Origin: an uncultured Ignavibacteria bacterium
Lineage (GTDB): Bacteria > Zixibacteria > MSB-5A5 > UBA10806
Assembly (NCBI GenBank): GCA_964556975.1
Contig: CAZKYQ010000004.1
Location: 1-47,689 of the forward strand
Reading direction: 5' to 3'
DNA: 47,689 nucleotides
Shown: piece after piece, positions 37,989-46,794 of the stretch
Layout: each line of letters opens with the position of its first letter
Numbering within the stretch: the first letter of the stretch is position 1
Translations under genes and position numbers: made by a program
The notes under the pieces: generated by a model
Told to the model about the DNA's origin: nothing
The model's input: only the letters and a program-made list of their open reading frames with translations
Databases searched by the model: none

Positions 37989-39358
37989 AATTTAAGAGAA
38001 TAAAAAAACTGCACTTTGTTGGAATTGGCGGGACGGGAATGTGCGGTATCGCGGAGATTCTTTATAACTCCGGGTATGGCATTACCGGCTCGGATCTAAA
38101 GAAAAACGAGGCCGCCGCCCATCTTGAAAATATGGGGATTGAGATTAATTATTCTCATCTTCCCGATAATATCGACAAGTGCGATGTGGTTGTTACATCG
38201 TCGGCAGTAACTGACGATAATCCTGAAGTTGTCGAAGCTCGCTTAAAGAGAATTCCGGTTATCAGGCGGGCAGAGATGCTTTCGGAGCTAATGAGAATGA
38301 AGTTCTCGATAGCCGTTGCCGGAACTCACGGTAAAACCACGACGTCATCTTTGATAGGGCATTTGCTTAGGGCGGGAGGACTTGACCCGACGGTTATCAT
38401 AGGAGGAAGAGTTCTTGGCGTCGGATCAAACGCTTATCTTGGCAAGAGCGAATATCTGGTGGCCGAGGCTGATGAATTCGACAGATCGATAACGAGATTT
38501 TCTCCGACTATTGCTGTCATCACAAATCTTGAGGCCGAACACATGGAGTGCTATAAGGATTATAATGATCTCGAAAATTGTTTTATAGATTTTGCCAATA
38601 GGGTCCCGTTTTTTGGAAGCGCGGTTTTATGCATGGACGATCCCGGAGTGAGAAAAATCGAGGCCCAAATCACGAGGCCCGTTCTATCCTATGGCATGTC
38701 TAAGGAGTTTGATTTCGGCGCGGCCGATATAAAATTTGAAAATTATAGCACAGTCTTCTCGCTTTATCATGCAGGCGAATACCTTACTAAGGTTTCGTCC
38801 CCTATGCAGGGCCATCATAATATCAGAAATCTACTGGCGGCTTTTGCGGTCGCTTATGATTTGGAAGTTCCGCTGGAGGCGGTAGTCCCTGCGGTTAAGT
38901 CATTTGGCGGCGTGAATCGCCGGATGGAATTTGCGGGGGAGGTTGAGGGCATAAAATTTTATGACGATTACGGCCATCACCCAACGGAGATCAGAGCGAC
39001 CCTGGAAGGAATGAGGGCCGCTTTTGACGGAAGGATTGTCGCTGTATTTCAGCCTCATCTTTATAGCAGGACCCAAAGGTTCTATAAAGAATTCGGATCG
39101 TCATTTGCCCAGGCGGACAGCCTGATAGTTTTGGATATATTCCCGGCGCGGGAAAAACCCATTAATGGAATAACAGGCGAATTGATAGTAAAATCGTCAA
39201 AAGAGGCCGGTCATAACGATGCTGTTTTTTTAAAAGACAAAGAGGACTTGCCTGACTATATGAAGAAAAACGCCCGGCAAGGCGATCACGTGGTCTTATT
39301 CGGGGCCGGAGATATTTACAAATACACGAAAAAAATTATGGAGGGTTTGAAGAATTAA
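37985..39358 (+). CDS. murC: UDP-N-acetylmuramate--L-alanine ligase
   Basis: 457 aa. HFVGIGGTGMCGIAE and GTHGKTTT motifs. ATGA overlap with murG. Confidence 0.95.
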   Translation: MKFKRIKKLHFVGIGGTGMCGIAEILYNSGYGITGSDLKKNEAAAHLENMGIEINYSHLPDNIDKCDVVVTSSAVTDDNPEVVEARLKRIPVIRRAEMLSELMRMKFSIAVAGTHGKTTTSSLIGHLLRAGGLDPTVIIGGRVLGVGSNAYLGKSEYLVAEADEFDRSITRFSPTIAVITNLEAEHMECYKDYNDLENCFIDFANRVPFFGSAVLCMDDPGVRKIEAQITRPVLSYGMSKEFDFGAADIKFENYSTVFSLYHAGEYLTKVSSPMQGHHNIRNLLAAFAVAYDLEVPLEAVVPAVKSFGGVNRRMEFAGEVEGIKFYDDYGHHPTEIRATLEGMRAAFDGRIVAVFQPHLYSRTQRFYKEFGSSFAQADSLIVLDIFPAREKPINGITGELIVKSSKEAGHNDAVFLKDKEDLPDYMKKNARQGDHVVLFGAGDIYKYTKKIMEGLKN

Positions 39359-40083
39359 TGTTGAAATATTTTGTGAAGCTGATACTATTAATTGTCGCGG
39401 TCGCGCTGGGGCGGTTCGCGTATGAAAAGGTTGTAGATTTGCCGATGTTTGATTTAAAGGAAATTAGGATCAGAGGCGACAATTATTTTGACAGGGATTC
39501 CGTGATGGCCATTAGCGGGCTTGAAAAGGGGAAATCCATATATAAGCAGAACCTGAAATTCGCCGCGGATGTTCTTTACCGACAGCCGGGAGTAGTTTCC
39601 TGTACTGTTGACAGGGGCCTTATTTCAGATTTTGGCGTTGATATAAATATTGCCAAACCAAGCCTATTAATCAACTGCGGCAAATTATGCGGCCTTTCCA
39701 AGGAAGGCATGGTGCTGTCCATTGACAGTCAGTTGCCTGATTTGCCGCTGGTTTCGGGACGTAAATTTGAAAACGTAAAATGCTTTGAGGTGCTAAGAGA
39801 CCCCGATATAACGTATGCTTTAAAACTTTATGACGCTTTGAAAATTCTATCGCCTGAAATCTGCCAAAGATTATCAGAAATTAATTTCAAAGGAAATAAT
39901 TACATGAAGCTTTGCCTTTCACCCGCCGGTACAGAGGTTATTATTAATAAGCGATTTGATGAAAGCGATTTGAAACGATTATGCGCGCTGCAAAAATCAG
40001 CGATACTAAATGGAAAAAATATTTACGATCTCAGGTTCGGGTCGGTTGTAGTGGAGTCGTCAATGAGAAATGGGACTTTGTAA
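39358..40083 (+). CDS. ftsQ: Cell division protein FtsQ (POTRA domain)
   Basis: 241 aa. N-terminal TM anchor, then a POTRA-like segment FDLKEIRIRGDNYFDRDSVMAISGLEKGKSIY. Canonical position, with a TAATG junction to murC. Confidence 0.75.
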   Translation: MLKYFVKLILLIVAVALGRFAYEKVVDLPMFDLKEIRIRGDNYFDRDSVMAISGLEKGKSIYKQNLKFAADVLYRQPGVVSCTVDRGLISDFGVDINIAKPSLLINCGKLCGLSKEGMVLSIDSQLPDLPLVSGRKFENVKCFEVLRDPDITYALKLYDALKILSPEICQRLSEINFKGNNYMKLCLSPAGTEVIINKRFDESDLKRLCALQKSAILNGKNIYDLRFGSVVVESSMRNGTL

Positions 40084-41314
40084 GTTGCGCGATGAAGGAA
40101 TAATTACGGGTCTTGATATAGGCACGACCAAAATAGGCGTTGTGGTTGCCGAAGTGGTTGAGGAAGGGCTATTTAAAATTCTCGGCATTGGATCTGCCCC
40201 CAGCGAAGGACTGAAAAGGGGAGTTGTCGTCAACCTGGAAAAAGCTGTCGATTCAGTCCGGGCCGCGATAGATGACGCCGAACTTGTTACCGGGAATAAA
40301 ATCAGCTTTGTCTACGCCAGCATTACCGGCGATCATATCAGAAGCATTAATAGCAAAGGCGTTATCGCCGTAGGCAGAAGCAGTTCCGAAATAGTACAAT
40401 CGGATGTTGAACGGGCAGTCGAGGCGGCGAAAACGGTCGCTATTCCATCGGACCGAGAAATTATACATGTCTTACCGCAAGAGTATAAGGTCGATGATCA
40501 AAGCGGCATTAAAGACCCGGTCGGTTTTTCAGGCGTCAGGCTTGAAGTCGACGTGCATATTGTAACCGGTTCTGTTTCATCGGCCCAAAACATTTTAAGG
40601 TGTATCGAAAAAGCCGGCATTGAAGTTGACGAGCTGGTCCTGCAGCCGCTTGCGTCAAGCTATGCTGTTTTGACGAAGGATGAAATGGAACTGGGCTGCG
40701 TGGTAATCGATATGGGAGGCGGCACTACGGACCTGGCCGTGTTCCATGAGGGAGCGGTAAAGCATACTGCTGTCATAGGAATCGGCGGAAAAAATGTATC
40801 AAGCGATCTTGCTATCGGCCTGAGAACGCCTCTTGAACAGGCGGAGCGGCTAAAATGCAACTATGGATCAGCGTTGTCTTCGCTTGTTGACGCGTCTGAA
40901 ATGGTTACAGTCCCGGGAGTCGCGGGACGCGAATCGAAAGAGGTATCGCGGTCCGTGTTAGCTTCCATAATAGAGCCGCGCGTTGAGGAAATATTCTCTT
41001 TAGTCGCCCGCGAACTGAAAAAAAGCCATTTCACTGAAATGCTTGCCGCCGGCGTTGTTCTCACGGGCGGAGCGGCCCAGCTTGACGGCGTTCTGGAATT
41101 AGCGGAACAGATATTCGATCTTCCGGCGAAACTTGGAACTCCGCTCCAATATGAAAACAGCGCTGAAATTACTCCGGGCCCCGCGTTCGCGACCGGCATA
41201 GGATCGATTCATTACGCGTTAACGCGCCTGGAAAAAGGAGCAATTCGTTCCAGGCCAGGCGGATTTGCCAAGAAATATGACAAGATAAAAAGATGGTTAA
41301 ATGAATATTTTTAA
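40070..41314 (+). CDS. ftsA: Cell division protein FtsA
   Basis: 414 aa. Actin-fold motifs GLDIGTTKIGV and VIDMGGGTTD, plus a C-terminal amphipathic helix (KIKRWLNEYF). Confidence 0.93.
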   Translation: MGLCKLRDEGIITGLDIGTTKIGVVVAEVVEEGLFKILGIGSAPSEGLKRGVVVNLEKAVDSVRAAIDDAELVTGNKISFVYASITGDHIRSINSKGVIAVGRSSSEIVQSDVERAVEAAKTVAIPSDREIIHVLPQEYKVDDQSGIKDPVGFSGVRLEVDVHIVTGSVSSAQNILRCIEKAGIEVDELVLQPLASSYAVLTKDEMELGCVVIDMGGGTTDLAVFHEGAVKHTAVIGIGGKNVSSDLAIGLRTPLEQAERLKCNYGSALSSLVDASEMVTVPGVAGRESKEVSRSVLASIIEPRVEEIFSLVARELKKSHFTEMLAAGVVLTGGAAQLDGVLELAEQIFDLPAKLGTPLQYENSAEITPGPAFATGIGSIHYALTRLEKGAIRSRPGGFAKKYDKIKRWLNEYF

Positions 41315-41342
41315 TTCACCATTCTACCTCTGGAGGGGAAAA

Positions 41343-41360
41343 ATGGAGCGTATTCCATGA
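41343..41360 (+). other. Five-codon upstream mini-ORF (MERIP) ending on the ftsZ start codon
   Basis: GGAGG at 41332..41336, 6-nt spacer, ATG at 41343. TGA 41358..41360 overlaps the ftsZ ATG 41357..41359 (ATGA). Confidence 0.25.
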
Positions 41361-42502
41361 TTTTCGAGTATGATTTTGACGAAGGCCCGCGCTCAAAAAT
41401 AAGAGTTATAGGCGTAGGCGGAGCGGGCGGCAACGCCGTTAACCGAATGATTTCATCAGGGTTTTCAGGCGTTGAGTTTATTTCAGTTAATACCGATGCG
41501 CAGGCGTTGGAAACATCAAACGCCGATATTAAAATTCAAATCGGTAAAAAACTGACAAAAGGACTTGGCGCGGGCGCTGACCCGGAAGTTGGCAGGAGAG
41601 CTTTTGAGGAAGATCCGGACCAGACAAGGGAAGCGTTGGAGGGTTCTAACATTGTATTCATAGCATGCGGAATGGGCGGCGGGACCGGAACGGGAGCTTC
41701 GCCCGCAATCGCGAAAATTGCGAAAGAGCAGGGCGCTTTAACAGTGGGAATTGTGACAAGGCCGTTTATGTTTGAGGGCAACCAAAGAATCTCACGGGCC
41801 GAAGCAGGCATACACCAAATAAAAGGGCTCGTTGATACATTGATTGTTATACCCAACCAGCGGCTTTTTGCTTTAGTGGAAAAGAATACGCCGCTCAACG
41901 ATTCTTTCAAGATTGCTGACGATGTTTTACTATCCGCGACCAAGGGAATTTCGGATTTGATTATGGTTCCGGGTTTGGTAAACCTTGATTTCGCCGACGT
42001 TAAAGCGGTAATGGTGGATGCCGGCGAGGCAATTATGGGAACCGGAATCGCGGATGGGCATAACCGTGGCGAGTTGGCCGCGAAAATTGCATTGCAATCG
42101 CCGCTTCTCGACGATCTTTCCATAGCGGGCGCAAAGGGCATTATAGTTAATATTACGGGAGGCCCCGATTTAAGCCTTGAGGATATCAGGCTGGCTAATG
42201 AAACAGTGTATGAAGCCGCCGGAAGCTCGGGGAATATTATTTTTGGGGCGGTAATCGATGATACCCTCGACGGAAGAGTTTTTGTTACCGTAATCGCGAC
42301 AGGGTTTGGCCGACAAGAAAAGTCAAATGATCCCGGAGAGGAAATTGACCTTTTTGGCTTTGCGCCGGAGAAAATAGCCGCGAGGTCCAGAAAAGGCAAG
42401 CGTAAAGGGAAAATCTTCCAAAAGATCAATTCTCCCGACTATGAGCTGGAAGACCTTGACGTTCCCACATTCCTAAGGAACCGCAACAATTCGCTTAATT
42501 AG
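41357..42502 (+). CDS. ftsZ: Cell division GTPase FtsZ
   Basis: 381 aa. [10 protein letters not shown] and [10 protein letters not shown] tubulin signature. Conserved C-terminal peptide [10 protein letters not shown]. No alternative in-frame start upstream. Confidence 0.98.
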   Translation: MIFEYDFDEGPRSKIRVIGVGGAGGNAVNRMISSGFSGVEFISVNTDAQALETSNADIKIQIGKKLTKGLGAGADPEVGRRAFEEDPDQTREALEGSNIVFIACGMGGGTGTGASPAIAKIAKEQGALTVGIVTRPFMFEGNQRISRAEAGIHQIKGLVDTLIVIPNQRLFALVEKNTPLNDSFKIADDVLLSATKGISDLIMVPGLVNLDFADVKAVMVDAGEAIMGTGIADGHNRGELAAKIALQSPLLDDLSIAGAKGIIVNITGGPDLSLEDIRLANETVYEAAGSSGNIIFGAVIDDTLDGRVFVTVIATGFGRQEKSNDPGEEIDLFGFAPEKIAARSRKGKRKGKIFQKINSPDYELEDLDVPTFLRNRNNSLN

Positions 42503-42519
42503 ATAAGATTACCGTTTTA

Positions 42520-42662
42520 ATTGTTGAGTCAGATCGTAGTCCGCCGATGGCGGACTGCGACCCGGCGCGGAACTTGTTTCATCTGGTTGCCAAGCGCCCG
42601 CTTGGCAACCTTTACCTGTCCTATATTGTTGTGTCAGATCGTAGTGAAGCGTGATCTGACAC
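42520..42662. repeat. Structured repeat element in the ftsZ/mltG convergent spacer: 21-nt direct repeat plus three GC-rich hairpins
   Basis: The direct repeat ATTGTTG[A/T]GTCAGATCGTAGT occurs at 42520..42540 and 42625..42645 (20/21 identical). Hairpins lie at 42534..42560 (12 bp), 42585..42610 (perfect 12-bp palindrome) and 42631..42662 (10 bp). Confidence 0.55.
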
Positions 42663-42709
42663 TTTAGAATTCAGTTGAAGGCCCAGACGGGAAAACTGCC
42701 GCGCTTATT

Positions 42710-43720
42710 TTAACCGTTTCTTTTAGACCGTTTTATTCTGTTTATGGCATTAATATGTTCGCGAAGCGTGCGGGTAAATTCATGGCTGCCGTCCCCGCGA
42801 GCGACAAAAAACATGAACTCGGATTTCGATGGATTTACAGCCGCCTCAAGAGATTTTACGCCGGGGTTTGATATCGGGCCGGGTGGAAGCCCGAAATATT
42901 TATAAGTATTATAAGGTGAATCTACTTTCAGATCTCTTCTGCGCAGGGGCCGGCCAAGTCCGCCTACCGCGTATATTACCGTCGGATCGCATTCGAGCCG
43001 CCACTTTTTTCTAAGCCTGTTTAAATATACCGCGGCTATTACGGGACGCTCAGAATCGAGCATGGCCTCTTCTTCTATCATAGAGGCCAGGGTTACGGCT
43101 TCATGGAAAGTAAGTCCCATTCTGTTTGCTTTTATTTCAAATGAATCCGGCAAGGATTCAAAAAAGTGGCCTGTCATTTTCGCGACAACATTTTTTGGAT
43201 CTTCCTCATAGAAAAAATCATATTTCGCGGGCGCCAAGTAGCCCTCGAGGTTTTCGCCATAAATGCCCAGAGAATCCAAAAGGTCCGGATCTGACACTAA
43301 TTTTTTGAAGCCATCGAAATCCATGCCTATAGCGTTTTGAAGCAGAGAGGCCATCTCAGCCAGCGTGTAACCTTCCGGGATGGTTATATTGAAAGGCGTT
43401 GCTTCGCCGCGAACCACAACGTCAACAATATCCGCGATTGAATCATCAGGCTTCACTACATAACGTCCGGTTTTCATTTTAGTCCCGTTCCCGAAAAGCT
43501 TTGAAAAAAAGACAAAATTCGAGCTTGAGGAGATCGCGCCCATCGCCTCCAGATTTTTCGCTATATCTGCCAGCGATTCGCCGCGCTTGACAATCAGGTA
43601 CCGCGTTCCATCGCTGAATTCATCCGAGGGGTGAGGGATATAATAGATTGAGAAAAAATAAATCCAACCCATGATGAATAGTATTATGATCGCGCTAAAT
43701 ATTCTTTTTATCTTAGTCAT
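42710..43720 (-). CDS. mltG: Endolytic murein transglycosylase MltG (YceG family)
   Basis: 336 aa. N-terminal TM anchor, LysM-like segment, and conserved LASMIEEEA and PPGPISNPG blocks. Confidence 0.9.
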   Translation of the reverse strand: MTKIKRIFSAIIILFIMGWIYFFSIYYIPHPSDEFSDGTRYLIVKRGESLADIAKNLEAMGAISSSSNFVFFSKLFGNGTKMKTGRYVVKPDDSIADIVDVVVRGEATPFNITIPEGYTLAEMASLLQNAIGMDFDGFKKLVSDPDLLDSLGIYGENLEGYLAPAKYDFFYEEDPKNVVAKMTGHFFESLPDSFEIKANRMGLTFHEAVTLASMIEEEAMLDSERPVIAAVYLNRLRKKWRLECDPTVIYAVGGLGRPLRRRDLKVDSPYNTYKYFGLPPGPISNPGVKSLEAAVNPSKSEFMFFVARGDGSHEFTRTLREHINAINRIKRSKRNG

Positions 43721-44156
43721 TTTCTAAAAGCCTTTTCCTGTTGTCTAAATATGATTGCAGTATTACCGCTGCGGAAAGCATATCAATTTTTCCCTTCGAT
43801 TTTCCAACCTTTTCTCCAACTTGATGAAGTTGTTTTATTGCCTCTACTGTTGAAAGCCGTTCATCAACTAACTCTACCTCAATTTTCAATTCTTCCTTAA
43901 CTAATTCGGCCAAACGCCTTGAAAAATTAGCCGATTCGCCTTCCGTGCCGTCCATGTTCTTTGGAAGGCCTATCACAATAAGCTCGATTTCCTCTTCCAT
44001 TACAATAGAACGCAAACTCCTAATGAATTGTTCTTTGCTTCCATATTCAATTGTTTTGAAAGCGGAGGCAATGTAAAGGACGTTATTTCCAATTGCCAGT
44101 CCCACCCTTTTTTTGCCGGGGTCTATTCCGAGTATTCTAATTGGCTGTTCAGTCAT
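43713..44156 (-). CDS. ruvX: YqgF/RuvX family putative pre-16S rRNA nuclease / Holliday junction resolvase-like protein
   Basis: Start moved to ATG 44156, giving MTEQPIRILGIDPGKKRVGLA. Blocks LPKNMDG and DERLST present. 8-nt overlaps with NUDIX upstream and mltG downstream. Confidence 0.9.
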   Translation of the reverse strand: MTEQPIRILGIDPGKKRVGLAIGNNVLYIASAFKTIEYGSKEQFIRSLRSIVMEEEIELIVIGLPKNMDGTEGESANFSRRLAELVKEELKIEVELVDERLSTVEAIKQLHQVGEKVGKSKGKIDMLSAAVILQSYLDNRKRLLEND

Positions 44157-44709
44157 TTTCGTTTGGCAAATTGTTTGTTTTAAGATAACTTTTAAAATCG
44201 CCAATAGCTCTTATATGCGCGTCAAACGCGATGTTTTCCGGAAGATTATCCAACTTAAAATATTCAGCCTCAATAGCATCATCTCCGGGGGTAAGCACTC
44301 CGCCTCTGATTTTCGCCAGATACAATATTAATACTACCATAGCCCGTGGGTCGTCTCCCGCCTGGTAATTCCAAAATAAGCGATCGATTTCTATTTCAAG
44401 GCCGGTTTCCTCTTTGACCTCCCGCACGCAGCACTGTACCGGCGATTCGTCATATTCCATGAAACCGGCGGGCAGGCACCAGTCGCCGATTTGCGGGGCG
44501 TACTTTCTTTTTACAAGCAAAAGAGAATTGTCTTTGAAAATTATTGCTCCGGCGGCGGGTAATGGATTTCTATACCAGATAAAATCGCATGAGACACAGG
44601 CAGATCTTTCCCGCCCGTCAAGCTTTTTGGGTTGTAGGTTCGAACCGCACCACGGGCAAAATTTAAAATCTTTGGCCTCAACCAATTTATGTTCTTCGTT
44701 TTCGTTCAT
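44149..44709 (-). CDS. NUDIX hydrolase with N-terminal zinc ribbon
   Basis: 186 aa. CPWCG...CVSCDF zinc ribbon. Nudix box GFMEYDESPVQCCVREVKEETGLE (GX5EX7REUXEEXGU). Confidence 0.85.
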   Translation of the reverse strand: MNENEEHKLVEAKDFKFCPWCGSNLQPKKLDGRERSACVSCDFIWYRNPLPAAGAIIFKDNSLLLVKRKYAPQIGDWCLPAGFMEYDESPVQCCVREVKEETGLEIEIDRLFWNYQAGDDPRAMVVLILYLAKIRGGVLTPGDDAIEAEYFKLDNLPENIAFDAHIRAIGDFKSYLKTNNLPNEND

Positions 44710-44868
44710 TTTAACTACCGTTTCCTTTTACACCGGAGGAAGTTTTCATTAACAATCATCCGTATATTATACGAGCAAAGAAGTATAATTGGAATCTAAA
44801 ATTAAGATAATCATTTTTTGAATTGTTCAACTTGACTTTAGGGGATAATTCGGTTTCTTGAAACATTA

Positions 44869-46212
44869 ATGAACGAATTGCATGGCTCAAATCCATCACC
44901 GAAGCAGATGCGGCGGATAATATACTCTTTGGCTCTTCCAATTGTCGGTACGAATTTACTTTTGCGCGGCGTTGGCATTGTCGATACGGCCATGGTGGGC
45001 CATATATCCGCTCAGGCGCAGGCGGCTGTGGGAATGTCCCAATGGATAATTGGGTTTATGATGGCGATGTTATGGGGCGTTGCCATAGGCGGTACGATCT
45101 CGGTCGCGAATTTTACCGGCGCCCAGGACGATAAAAACAGAATCGCGTCGGCCGATACAGCTTTCTGGATGGGGCTCGCGGTTTCTATCATGGTTACCAT
45201 ATTAGGGATAATGTTTGTCAAGCCTATTGCAATTGCTATGGGGGCTGATCAGGCCCTGTCTGATAAAGTCGGCTCATATATGTTTATTATGTGCCTGTTT
45301 TTTGTAGGCAAAAGCGCAATAATGGTCGTGGGCGGGGTCTTTCAAGGCTTCGGCGATACAAAAACTCCGTTTAGAGTCACTTTGGGTGTTAACGTTATTC
45401 ATGTCTTAATAGCGCTTCCCCTAACATTTGGATTATGGGGATTTCCGAGGCTTGAAATTATAGGCGTTGCGCTTGCATCCGGAGTTTCCGAAACCTTAGG
45501 CGCGGCTCTTCTCGGATTTCTCGCCTATAAAAAGAACCTTCTAAGTTTTAGACATGGCTCCTTTGCAAGAATGAAAAGCGTTATCAAACTTGGCTTGCCG
45601 GTTTTTGGCGAGCGGTTTATGACCATGTCTTCGCAGATGGTCTATACACGTTTTGTGCTTCTGACATCGTTAAGCGCATACGCCGCCCATACGGTCGGCA
45701 TGATGATCGAGGCAATTGCCTTTCTGCCTGGTTTGGGTTTTGCCCAGGCGGCGACCACGCTTGTCGGTCAGAATATGGGTGCCCGCCTGCCGCATTTGGC
45801 AAAAAAGTTCAGCAATCAAGCATTAATTATCGCATTGGTTTTTATGGGTTTTTTGGGAATAACTTACTGGACATTTCCCGAAATATGGATGAGGATATTT
45901 TCCAACGACCCTGAAGTTATTGAATATGGGAAACTATTCTGCAAGTTCGCCGCCGTGTTGCAGGTCCCGCTTGCTTTCACGATGATTATGGCGGGGGCGC
46001 TTCGAGGGGCAGGCCAAACCCGCTGGGTCATGTATACGACTTTTATGGGATCGTGGCTCGTCAGGGTGCCAATCGCTTACTATTTCGGTTCATACCTCGG
46101 CTATGGCATATTTTTTATCTGGCTTGCTATGCCTATCGATTGGACTGTAAGGGCTATAATTATCTTCATACAATTTTCCACCCATAAATGGACCAATGAC
46201 TATATTAAATAA
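44869..46212 (+). CDS. MATE family efflux transporter
   Basis: 447 aa with 12 predicted TM segments. Typical MATE N-terminus (...LALPIVGTNLLLRGVGIVDTAMVGHIS) and duplicated 6-TM halves. Confidence 0.9.
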   Translation: MNELHGSNPSPKQMRRIIYSLALPIVGTNLLLRGVGIVDTAMVGHISAQAQAAVGMSQWIIGFMMAMLWGVAIGGTISVANFTGAQDDKNRIASADTAFWMGLAVSIMVTILGIMFVKPIAIAMGADQALSDKVGSYMFIMCLFFVGKSAIMVVGGVFQGFGDTKTPFRVTLGVNVIHVLIALPLTFGLWGFPRLEIIGVALASGVSETLGAALLGFLAYKKNLLSFRHGSFARMKSVIKLGLPVFGERFMTMSSQMVYTRFVLLTSLSAYAAHTVGMMIEAIAFLPGLGFAQAATTLVGQNMGARLPHLAKKFSNQALIIALVFMGFLGITYWTFPEIWMRIFSNDPEVIEYGKLFCKFAAVLQVPLAFTMIMAGALRGAGQTRWVMYTTFMGSWLVRVPIAYYFGSYLGYGIFFIWLAMPIDWTVRAIIIFIQFSTHKWTNDYIK

Positions 46213-46228
46213 GTAATATTACCCATAT

Positions 46229-46272
46229 TTTTATGCATCAGGATGGAATCTTTGACATCCTGATGCATAAAA
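46229..46272 (+). terminator. 17-bp perfect hairpin after the MATE gene (terminator candidate lacking a U-tract)
   Basis: TTTTATGCATCAGGATG (46229..46245) pairs with CATCCTGATGCATAAAA (46256..46272), with a 10-nt loop. It starts 17 nt after the stop and is followed by TCAGCCCC, not a T-run. Confidence 0.45.
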
Positions 46273-46360
46273 TCAGCCCCATATTATAATCTATTATTTG
46301 TAATTGTATTTGCTAAGTATCCTCAATATGCGTGCCGATAATTAATGTGGAGGTTGCATA

Positions 46361-46732
46361 ATGAGTACTCGAAAAATATTAATTGTTGATGATAATCCAA
46401 ACATGTCTACTCTTTTATCCGATATCCTCGAGATATTTGAATATGAAGGCTGCCACGCCGAGGACGGTACGGAGGCCCTTGATAGGCTTCGGGCCGATAA
46501 ATATGATATGGTATTTACCGACCTGAGAATGCCTCGGATGGACGGATACGATCTTTTGCAGGCGATAAAAACCGAACATCCCAAACTGCCGGTTGTGGTC
46601 GTAACGGGATATTCTATCGAAGCGGATCAAGACACTCTTCTTACTGAAAAAGCCGATGGTTTTCTGCACAAGCCATTCAAAGTAAATGAGATCGAATCAA
46701 TTCTCTCGAACATTCTCGGCCATTTGAAGTAG
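46361..46732 (+). CDS. Single-domain response regulator (CheY-like receiver)
   Basis: 123 aa. Acidic pocket DD, phospho-acceptor D in FTDLRMPRMDG, T in VVVVTGY, K in LHKPF. GGAGG Shine-Dalgarno sequence upstream. No kinase gene in the window. Confidence 0.9.
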   Translation: MSTRKILIVDDNPNMSTLLSDILEIFEYEGCHAEDGTEALDRLRADKYDMVFTDLRMPRMDGYDLLQAIKTEHPKLPVVVVTGYSIEADQDTLLTEKADGFLHKPFKVNEIESILSNILGHLK

Positions 46733-46794
46733 TACCAGCTCCCGCAACAAAAATAGTTTGCTTGAAGTATATGATTTATATATAATTACAGGTT

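Noticed and set aside
41536-42429. 297-aa ORF antisense to ftsZ
   Set aside because: It lies entirely inside the unambiguous ftsZ frame. The translation is a low-complexity Ser/Pro/Ala-rich shadow of the Gly/Ala-rich FtsZ sequence. There is no Shine-Dalgarno sequence and no recognisable motif.
14530-44204. 5' extensions of track ORFs (14530, 20094, 26284, 26688, 34325, 44204)
   Set aside because: In each case a downstream ATG gives a canonical N-terminus, signal peptide or ATGA-type coupling with the preceding stop. The extensions read through upstream genes or, for mraZ, through the operator repeats.
44630-44660. GGTTCGAACC, a tRNA T-arm-like motif
   Set aside because: It lies inside the NUDIX coding frame (zinc-ribbon region). 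No acceptor or anticodon arms can be drawn around it.
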